From the NCBI GenBank assembly GCA_038042445.1, contig JBBTED010000167.1, positions 1 through 6,117 of the forward strand: a DNA stretch of 6,117 nt, written 5' to 3'. The stretch is from Candidatus Firestoneibacteriota bacterium (GTDB lineage: Bacteria; Oederibacteriota; D2-FULL-39-29; JBBTED01). Numbering within the stretch: the stretch's first letter is position 1; each line of letters opens with the position of its first letter. Of this stretch, positions 1 through 6,117 are shown one piece after another. The position numbers and the translations under genes are program-made. The notes under the pieces were generated by a model. It worked only from the letters and a program-made list of their open reading frames with translations, did not search any database and was not told the DNA's origin.

Positions 1-30
1 TTGTTGCCGTATTTTTTCTGATAGATTCAT
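1..30 (-). CDS. 5' end of a probable XRE/Cro-family helix-turn-helix regulator (partial, runs off the left edge)
   Basis: Reverse complement of 30..1 reads ATG AAT CTA TCA GAA AAA ATA CGG CAA CAA = MNLSEKIRQQ, which resembles the typical first helix of XRE HTH proteins (M-x-L-x-E-K-I-R-x-x-R). A promoter-like element sits directly upstream. Only 10 codons are visible. Confidence 0.5.
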   Translation of the reverse strand, partial: MNLSEKIRQQ

Positions 31-37
31 GATGCTA

Positions 38-68
38 CAAAGATACTTTTATTGGCGCAAAATGTCAA
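38..68 (-). promoter_or_regulatory. Bacteroidota primary-sigma promoter (-33 TTG / -7 TAnnTTTG) for the putative HTH gene
   Basis: Minus strand: TTG(ACA) at 68..63, a 20-nt spacer (65..46) after the TTG, then TATCTTTG at 45..38. This matches the established Bacteroides/Flavobacterium consensus TTG-N19-21-TAnnTTTG. The -7 box ends 7 nt before the ATG at 30. Confidence 0.65.
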
Positions 69-93
69 GTTTTATGCACAGAAAACTTGACAT
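62..93. promoter_or_regulatory. Palindromic operator-like site overlapping the -33 element
   Basis: Perfect 12-bp inverted repeat ATGTCAAGTTTT (62-73) / AAAACTTGACAT (82-93) with an 8-nt spacer (ATGCACAG). The repeat is directly visible; the operator role is inferred. Confidence 0.55.
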
Positions 94-260
94 AATTTAT
101 ATAATTCAGCGACAGTAATAAGAGAAGTCCGCACACACTTTGTTCAAAGCGATTTACATTAGAAGCGATGTCTGTCCGTGTTTGCACTGTGCGTTTGGGT
201 TTTTAATTTTTTTTTGAAGCGTTGGGGAAAATTTTTAAAATGATTTTACTTGGGTGGCAG

Positions 261-331
261 AAAAAAATACACTCTTGCAAGCTTTGGTTTCAGCGTGGGC
301 TTGCAGCGGCTTGCAAGAGTGTATTTTTTTT
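261..331. terminator. Long inverted repeat; candidate bidirectional intrinsic terminator or REP/MITE-like element at the end of the operon
   Basis: Perfect 22-bp arms AAAAAAATACACTCTTGCAAGC (261-282) / GCTTGCAAGAGTGTATTTTTTT (309-330) around a 26-nt loop. A7 (261-267) and T8 (324-331) give a U-tract on either strand. It lies about 58 nt after the stop of the 1003-aa ORF. The repeat is certain; terminator function is less so because the loop is large. Confidence 0.55.
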
Positions 332-388
332 GTGTGCAAGCTGTCTTTAATTGTATTCAGTGTCCTTTCTAAAAGCATAATAACCAAA

Positions 389-3300
389 TTACTTTTTCCC
401 TGTATTACTTTCGTAAATTTCTCTCAAAAAAAACTGTTGGTGAACCGCAGCCATTTTGTTGCAAAATTCTATTGCTATTTGTTTCTGACCATGAGCAAAG
501 AGAAAGGAAATCAAATCCTTAATAAAATCTTTGTCAAAGTCAGCCATGTATTCTTTGAAGTTTAATGATGAAATTATTTCACCTATTGCTTTTGCTGCTG
601 TGTTCGGATTGCCTTTGCTTTTTAGTGCTACAAGATTTTCCAGTAGCTCATGTGTTGAATAAGTTTTGTCAATGTGCTGGCAAGATTTCAGAATGAGTTT
701 TGTGTAAGTGTCATTCAGTTCTGGTGCAAACACAATCCAATTTGCAAGTGTTGCTAAATTTTTTTGTTCTTCTTCAATGGATGAGTTTTCATATTTATCT
801 GCCAAATATTTCCACAGTTCTAAAATCATCTGTTGGAATTCATGTTGCTCTAACTCTGACAAACTTTTTTGATAATCTTCTTGCTGCCAAATAAAACTAA
901 TCAAATCTCTCACAGCATCAGGAGTGGACTTGTTCAAAAATTTGAAAAGTAATTTCTCGGATGATAGCGTTTCATATTTCCAAAAGTAAAATGCTGTCAA
1001 GTGTCTAACTAATCCATTGTTATGAAAACTTTTTAGTTTGATATTGTTTTCAATTGCTCTTTCATAGTGAGGATAAAAGAGAGTATAAAGGTCTTTGTTG
1101 AAAGGTGGGTTTCCAAAAGCAAAACCTCCTATGAAAGCAAGCCACTCTCTTTCTCCGCTACTGTAATGTTGTTTTACTTGCTCTGTTATCCAGTCCTTAT
1201 CTAAAAAATAAAACTGCTCAAAATACATTCCTTCCAAAATGTGTCCGTCAAGAATTCCTTTTTGTAATGTACCTTTAAATAAAGATTGTATTTCGGGTTC
1301 CCACTTACCTTTGTCTTCATATTTAAAAAAGTTCCTTGCTCTATGAAGTGAGTAATCAAACAAAGCTCTTAAAGATTTACCTGCTGTGGAATTGAGTGAA
1401 TAGGTTGGGTAATCCATATTCGTTCCTTTGAAATCATCAACTCGTTTCAGATTGCTTACAAGTATTTGAACAATTTCTTTTGCAACTGGAAGTAAGCTAT
1501 TATCAAAAGCGTTTTTATCATTTTGCAGTCCGTCTGTAAGAAGATGGGCAATAGAACCTACAACCCAATCGGCTGTTGCATTCCATGTATCGTTTTCAAC
1601 TTTGAGTTCGCCTGAATAAAATTTTTCGTTTTGAAGTGTTTGCAAACAATAGCGAAGAACCTTTTCCCAATTAAATGGTTTTTGTTTTTTCCATGCTTCA
1701 CCAAAAGCATTCAGCATCCGATAAGAATAGATGTAAGCAACTTCATTATACAATTCTATTTCATCGGCAAATTTTTCGGGTTGTGTTTCAACTGCACTTC
1801 CAAGTATCTCTGACAAGCCACTTATATTCGGGTCTTCCCAATGGTCTTTTGGTTTAAATGTTTTAATGTATTCTGCAATTTCCTGATTGCTTTTTTCCAG
1901 TAAATCGTCTTTTGAAATTGGAGAAACAGAACCACTTCTCATTCTGATTTCACCTAAGTTCTCATAGTGTTCATTTGTTATGTTCAATGACTTTGAAAGC
2001 GATAAATATTTTTCATTAAATGGCTCAATATCTTTTAATGCTGCATACCAGCGGAGTTGCCAATATTCTTTATGCTTTTCATCTTGCTCATTAACTTCAT
2101 CCTGTTCTCCTTTGTCAATTATGTTTTGAAGAATTTCTTTTTCTTCTTTCTCTAATGCTTGTTGATTTCTGTGAAGCAAATCATAAAGTTCTTTCTGATA
2201 CTTGTATATTGAGAAAAGATGTAAAGCATCATTGTCTTTTACCAACTCCCAAAAAAGTGATTTGGTCGTGTTCCAATTTTCGCAGATAACATATAATGCA
2301 ATGCGTTTGTAAAATGGTATGCGATATTTTTTGTCGTAGCAAAAAGTTTTCAGCAATGAAATTGCTTCTACGGGATTCTGCTTTGCTTTTTCGTCAAGCA
2401 ATTCACGAAAGATTAGTGAGAAAACATTCAACACCTTTTCGCTGTTGGAATATCTATCTTCTAACTTTCTTATGCTGTTAAAACCAAAAGCAGAAGTAAG
2501 GTCTGTGTTTAATGCAAAGTTCAATCTCTGAAAAGTATCATCATTCTCATTACTTGGAGTGTAATTGATGTTTTGCTGTTTCAGTATTGAAACAAGTTCT
2601 TGCTTCAATTCAGTTTCACTTTTGTCTTCCCAATTTGCAAGAGTAGAAATTGCGTTAGCAACTTCACTGTCTTTCAATTTTGATGACACCAAAAGATTTT
2701 CCTTCTCGATATGAATTTTGATTTCATATTCTTTCTCTCCGTCCTTCAGTAAAGTATTTACTCCTTTAGGATAATCAAGCAACAAGAATTTAATGGTTCT
2801 GCCTAATTCCAAAATGAAATTTGGTGAACAATATTTAACAACCTTAGGAGTAAGGTTTCTTTTTTCAAACTTGTCAGAGAGGAAATGCAAGTATAATCTT
2901 GAACGGTAGCTATCTCCCTCACCATCCCAAATATCTTCTTGAACTATTTCTGTTTTCTCTACCTGAAAAAGGTAGTGAAGAATTAACTCCGCTTTTTCAA
3001 TATCGTCCTTGGTTGGTTCTTCATTTAAAAATTTGGGAAGTAGTTTCTCCGTTAGTTCAGAAGTTTGAAGCATCGTATCAAACTTTCCAGTAAGCCAAAC
3101 AGGAATGAAGTTTAAAATTTCTACTGGTATTTTTTCGTTGGGAATGTTGGCCAAAATTTTAATAAACAAATACCATGTTCTGTAATTATCCTTTGGATTT
3201 TCAGATACATTTTTGATTACTGCAAGTAATTCGTCTGTGAGTTCTGTTTCGTTGCCTTGACTTATTTGAATAGATAACTTTTCCAAATAGCCCAACGCCT

Positions 3301-3400
3301 CCCAATAGGGAATTTGAAAACCCTCTTTAACCTGAACAGGTTCGGGATTTTTTTCAGGGTCAAAATAACCCTCCGCTTTTAGAAAACTAAACCAAGCCAT
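389..3400 (-). CDS. Large uncharacterised, mostly alpha-helical protein (1003 aa); probable sensor/scaffold body of an anti-phage protein, possibly the C-terminal part of a split PIN fusion
   Basis: 3-kb uninterrupted ORF in AT-rich DNA, co-oriented with and overlapping the PIN gene. It is rich in E/K/L with recurrent W/Y/F-containing amphipathic segments, and I see no signal peptide, TM helix or Walker A. Motifs WFSFLKAEGYFDPEKNPEP..IPYWEALGYLE, DNYRTW and SLNSTAGKSLRAL recall, from memory rather than a search, the helical bodies that follow SIR2 or other effector domains in large defence proteins. The CDS call is confident; the function is inference. Confidence 0.8.
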   Translation of the reverse strand: MAWFSFLKAEGYFDPEKNPEPVQVKEGFQIPYWEALGYLEKLSIQISQGNETELTDELLAVIKNVSENPKDNYRTWYLFIKILANIPNEKIPVEILNFIPVWLTGKFDTMLQTSELTEKLLPKFLNEEPTKDDIEKAELILHYLFQVEKTEIVQEDIWDGEGDSYRSRLYLHFLSDKFEKRNLTPKVVKYCSPNFILELGRTIKFLLLDYPKGVNTLLKDGEKEYEIKIHIEKENLLVSSKLKDSEVANAISTLANWEDKSETELKQELVSILKQQNINYTPSNENDDTFQRLNFALNTDLTSAFGFNSIRKLEDRYSNSEKVLNVFSLIFRELLDEKAKQNPVEAISLLKTFCYDKKYRIPFYKRIALYVICENWNTTKSLFWELVKDNDALHLFSIYKYQKELYDLLHRNQQALEKEEKEILQNIIDKGEQDEVNEQDEKHKEYWQLRWYAALKDIEPFNEKYLSLSKSLNITNEHYENLGEIRMRSGSVSPISKDDLLEKSNQEIAEYIKTFKPKDHWEDPNISGLSEILGSAVETQPEKFADEIELYNEVAYIYSYRMLNAFGEAWKKQKPFNWEKVLRYCLQTLQNEKFYSGELKVENDTWNATADWVVGSIAHLLTDGLQNDKNAFDNSLLPVAKEIVQILVSNLKRVDDFKGTNMDYPTYSLNSTAGKSLRALFDYSLHRARNFFKYEDKGKWEPEIQSLFKGTLQKGILDGHILEGMYFEQFYFLDKDWITEQVKQHYSSGEREWLAFIGGFAFGNPPFNKDLYTLFYPHYERAIENNIKLKSFHNNGLVRHLTAFYFWKYETLSSEKLLFKFLNKSTPDAVRDLISFIWQQEDYQKSLSELEQHEFQQMILELWKYLADKYENSSIEEEQKNLATLANWIVFAPELNDTYTKLILKSCQHIDKTYSTHELLENLVALKSKGNPNTAAKAIGEIISSLNFKEYMADFDKDFIKDLISFLFAHGQKQIAIEFCNKMAAVHQQFFLREIYESNTGKK

Positions 3401-4301
3401 TGTTCCCGATATTGCTTAAAAAATATTGTTTGTAACTGTCATGTCTTCTGATAAGAGATTTGATAAGTTCTTGCTCAAAAGCTGTCGGTGTCTTTCTTGC
3501 AAGAATCATATCAATGTATTTAATGTTCTCTAAATAATCTGCATCAGGGCTTGTAATGGTTGTAGTTGCAACGGATTTTTTTACTGCAAGTGCCGCTGCT
3601 TCTTCTTTATCTTTTTTGTTTTTTAAGTAAACCTGAAAACTGTTTGCTGCAAGTTCTTTCCGCAAAAGATTAAAAAGTTTTGTCCCAAAATCTTTCAACT
3701 CTCCAAAGTATTCATAAGTGAGATTTGCAGCATTAAAGTCGGAAATTAAGTTGCTGTGCAATTCAAATCGCTTACCCCCATCAACGGAAAAATCTTTATA
3801 GTTAAGAGAAGTAAAAATTGATTTTGCATAGCCCTTGCTTTTTAAATGATAAGTCAAACTCAAAATATTTACGGTATCTCTAAAACTATCCTTCTTATAA
3901 TTTGGTGCAAGCGTTTGAAGGTTTCTGTCTGCCGCATCTTTTAATATGGTGTCGTTATGTGGGGCTTTCTCTGAATAAGAGTTAAGGATTAAATCAATTC
4001 GTTCAATCCGTTTTTGAACATTGGTTTCAATAATTTCTGTTTTGTAAGTTGAACTTAACTCGGTGTTATGTTTGAAAAACTTTAGATTGTCAGTTTCAAT
4101 TTTCTTAAAGTGTCCAGCAATATCATTTTGGTAAGTGATTTTATTTCTGTTCCATTCAGCAATAATGTTTGTCGGGACAATATGTTTGATGTGCTTGTTC
4201 TCAATCCAAAAACAAAGCTCCTCAAGGTAATTGTCCTCGTTGTTGAAATCAACTTTGAGAAGTTCCAACCAAACGCAAGTATCTATTGTGATGTTTAGCA
4301 T
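3387..4301 (-). CDS. PIN-domain protein (DUF4935-like), putative Mg2+-dependent ribonuclease effector with a ~95-aa C-terminal extension
   Basis: PIN catalytic pattern: N-terminal strand ITID7TCVWL, VPTNIIAE49WNRN, APNYKKDSFRD142TVNILSL and IFTSLN167YKD170F, followed by LHSNLISDF. The ATG is 8 nt after the methyltransferase stop. Confidence 0.82.
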   Translation of the reverse strand: MLNITIDTCVWLELLKVDFNNEDNYLEELCFWIENKHIKHIVPTNIIAEWNRNKITYQNDIAGHFKKIETDNLKFFKHNTELSSTYKTEIIETNVQKRIERIDLILNSYSEKAPHNDTILKDAADRNLQTLAPNYKKDSFRDTVNILSLTYHLKSKGYAKSIFTSLNYKDFSVDGGKRFELHSNLISDFNAANLTYEYFGELKDFGTKLFNLLRKELAANSFQVYLKNKKDKEEAAALAVKKSVATTTITSPDADYLENIKYIDMILARKTPTAFEQELIKSLIRRHDSYKQYFLSNIGNNGLV

Positions 4302-4309
4302 TACTTATT

Positions 4310-6117
4310 TCACTTTGATTGCTTTTCTTCTACAATTTTTATTTCCGCTTCCGTCAACTCGTAGAGTTGATAAACGATTTCATTTATTCTGCTCTCGCAA
4401 TAATCTATTTTTGATTTCAACTGATTTATTTTTGTTTCTAATTTTGCTTCTGCTTTTTCTTCATTCAGTTTTAGTAACTGGTCAACCAATTTTACAATTT
4501 CATCGTGTAATGATTTTTCGTTTTGGTTTTTAAAATCGCATACATACACTGGAAATTTGTCAAGGTCAACCTTTTTTAACTGCGGAGTGCTGTCTTTGTT
4601 TGTTACAAGTTTGTTGATAAAAATAAATTGAAACAAGTTTGAGTTTATTAAAGCAGTGAAATATTTAAGAGAGTTTTTAGTTTTGTTATTGAAAATAAAA
4701 TAAAGTGATTGTTCAGGAAAAATTCCACTTTCATCATAAGTCGCAATAATTGGATAACCAGTTTTGCGAAGCAATACTTTTTCTTTTACTCCCAATTTTT
4801 CCTTGTCAGTTGTTCTGCCCGTTATATTTTCTTTTTTGAATTCAAAGAAGTATGGAGTTAGTCCCGAAAATTTTTGGATACTTCTTCCTCTAATTACTTC
4901 AATTTGTTTTTGATTTGTTCTTGTTTCAGTTATTTCAGTTGATTTACCACCAAAGCCAGAAGTTGTATCGGCAATTTCACCAAGTGGGTTACATTTTTTA
5001 GAAGCAAATATTTTATTTAATATTTTTGTTGCGTTGTCATTGCTTTCATAACTAAATTGATGTTCGGGATTTTGCAAATATTCTTGTTTGGTTTTTGTTT
5101 GTGTTGATTTACCAAACTCTCCGACATTTATTTTGTATGAGTTTTCTGATTTCTTTTTGGTGCTAAAACGGAAAATTAAAGTGTCTGTTACAATTCCAGG
5201 GAATGGGGCTTTGTATAAAAGTTCTTCAATTTTAAAATGTTGTAATAATTTTTTCCGAAGTGTTACAAATTGATTATTGAAACCCAATCTGTCTGGAACA
5301 ATGAAAGAAAATACACCTACATCATTTATTAACTCTAATCCTTTATGAACAAAGTATTCGTATAGGTTCGGCATATAAGTGTTGCCGTGATATTTGTTGA
5401 TTAAATATTGTTGGGCTTGTGGATTTAAAATGTCGTTGCCAAATTTTCCATTGAGCGAAACCCAAGGAGGATTTCCAATTACTACATCAAAACCGTTTTG
5501 CTTGTAAACTTCAGGAAATCCTTTTTGCCAATTGAACGGTTTAATTTTTTTCTCAACTTCAAATAATTCATTTTTATAAAAATCTGTATCAATCAAACTG
5601 TTCCCGTCCTTTATATTTTCATCAAGGGTTGGCAAAACTCGTTCGTTAAACATTTTAAACTGATGAGCAATAGAAGCGGAAGTTTCGCCCTCCATACATT
5701 TGAGCAACAAAGAAAGTTTTGTTACTTCAACTGCGTTCACATCTATATCAACTCCGAAAATATTATTGAGCAAAATTCTTTTCTTCTCTGCTGTGGTTAA
5801 ATGTCCTTCGGGTGTAAGGCAACTTTCTTTTTTCCCTTTTGATGGTTTGCCGTTGTTGGAATAATAATTTTTATGAAAATCCAGTAAATACTGATAAGCA
5901 CCGATTAAAAAGCTGCCACTGCCGCAGGCAGGGTCAACTATTTTTATTTTGCTTATTTCTTCTGGTGTTTTTCCTGCAATTAGTTTTCCTACCGTATTTT
6001 GAACAATGTATTCAACCACATATTGAGGAGTGTAATAAACTCCGCCTGCTTTTCTTACTTCAGGTTTCTCCTCAATTTTTGCACGATGAGAAGGAGTAAC
6101 ACGAATTATTTTTCCAA
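4310..6117 (-). CDS. Type IIG / Eco57I-like restriction-modification protein: gamma-class N6-adenine DNA methyltransferase plus TaqI-C-like target recognition domain (5'-partial)
   Basis: The frame stays open upstream of the track's GTG (6019) to the window edge: GKIIRVTPSHRAKIEEKPEVRKAGGVYYTPQYVVEYIV, containing motif X (GVYYTP). Motif I DPACGSGSFL at 5935..5906, IFGVDID, motif IV VIGNPPW (NPPW at 5473..5462) and FSFIVP follow in gamma order. Then a TRD (about 4993..4540; LGEIADTTSG, IRGRSI, EKVLLRKTG, YFTALINSNL) and a terminal helical hairpin (IDYCESRINEIVYQLYELTEAEIKIVE). Any endonuclease domain would lie N-terminal, outside the window. Confidence 0.9.
   Translation of the reverse strand, partial: GKIIRVTPSHRAKIEEKPEVRKAGGVYYTPQYVVEYIVQNTVGKLIAGKTPEEISKIKIVDPACGSGSFLIGAYQYLLDFHKNYYSNNGKPSKGKKESCLTPEGHLTTAEKKRILLNNIFGVDIDVNAVEVTKLSLLLKCMEGETSASIAHQFKMFNERVLPTLDENIKDGNSLIDTDFYKNELFEVEKKIKPFNWQKGFPEVYKQNGFDVVIGNPPWVSLNGKFGNDILNPQAQQYLINKYHGNTYMPNLYEYFVHKGLELINDVGVFSFIVPDRLGFNNQFVTLRKKLLQHFKIEELLYKAPFPGIVTDTLIFRFSTKKKSENSYKINVGEFGKSTQTKTKQEYLQNPEHQFSYESNDNATKILNKIFASKKCNPLGEIADTTSGFGGKSTEITETRTNQKQIEVIRGRSIQKFSGLTPYFFEFKKENITGRTTDKEKLGVKEKVLLRKTGYPIIATYDESGIFPEQSLYFIFNNKTKNSLKYFTALINSNLFQFIFINKLVTNKDSTPQLKKVDLDKFPVYVCDFKNQNEKSLHDEIVKLVDQLLKLNEEKAEAKLETKINQLKSKIDYCESRINEIVYQLYELTEAEIKIVEEKQSK

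Noticed and set aside
87..105. Plus-strand TTGACA (87-92) and TATAAT (100-105) as a sigma70 promoter
   Set aside because: The spacer is only 7 nt instead of about 17, the TTGACA is simply the palindrome arm, and no credible plus-strand gene follows.
94..388. CRISPR array, tRNA or IS end in the intergenic region
   Set aside because: There are no regularly spaced direct repeats, no cloverleaf or T-loop consensus, and no transposase or target-site duplication visible.
254..565. 103-aa plus-strand ORF
   Set aside because: It has a GTG start, runs through the inverted repeat and antisense to the end of the 1003-aa gene, and has F/L/C-rich shadow composition with no motif.
1373..1399. SLNSTAGKS in the large ORF as a Walker A motif (STAND/Avs NTPase)
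   Set aside because: It lacks the first G/A of [GA]xxxxGK[ST], has no preceding hydrophobic strand and no Walker B, and sits in a helical context.
3417..3423. T TTT TTA slippery heptamer as a programmed -1 frameshift joining PIN to the large ORF
   Set aside because: A -1 slip enters the third frame (FKQYREQWLGLVF*), not the large ORF. A +1 or -2 slip in this T-run hits the TAA at 3418..3416 immediately, so any joining event must lie downstream of it.
6017..6019. GTG at 6019 as the methyltransferase start
   Set aside because: The frame is open for 32 more codons to the window edge and includes conserved motif X (GGVYYTP), so the real start is outside the window.
700..6099. Other short plus-strand ORFs (700-894, 1631-1813, 1675-1857, 2296-2481, 2899-3093, 4110-4298, 4231-4533, 5088-5273, 5839-6099)
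   Set aside because: All lie antisense to long motif-bearing minus-strand genes and mostly use alternative starts. Their hydrophobicity is the expected mirror of K/E/N-rich sense codons.

Overview
AT-rich window (about one-third G+C by eye), probably from a Bacteroidota genome judging by a TTG-N20-TAnnTTTG promoter. It is almost entirely one minus-strand operon that looks like a defence-island locus. In order of transcription: (1) the 3' part of a type IIG/Eco57I-like N6-adenine DNA methyltransferase with a C-terminal specificity domain, whose true start lies beyond the right edge; (2) a 304-aa PIN-domain (DUF4935-like) putative RNase; (3) a 1003-aa, largely alpha-helical protein with no recognisable catalytic motif. 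Genes 2 and 3 overlap by 14 nt and appear to be two halves of one ~1303-aa PIN-effector/helical-sensor protein separated by a +1 frame change. Downstream are a 22-bp perfect inverted repeat (terminator-like or a repeat element), a ~170-bp non-coding stretch, and a palindrome-overlapped promoter driving a probable XRE-type HTH gene that runs off the left edge. The plus-strand ORFs in the track look like antisense shadows. No database searches were run; family calls rest on motifs read from the sequence.
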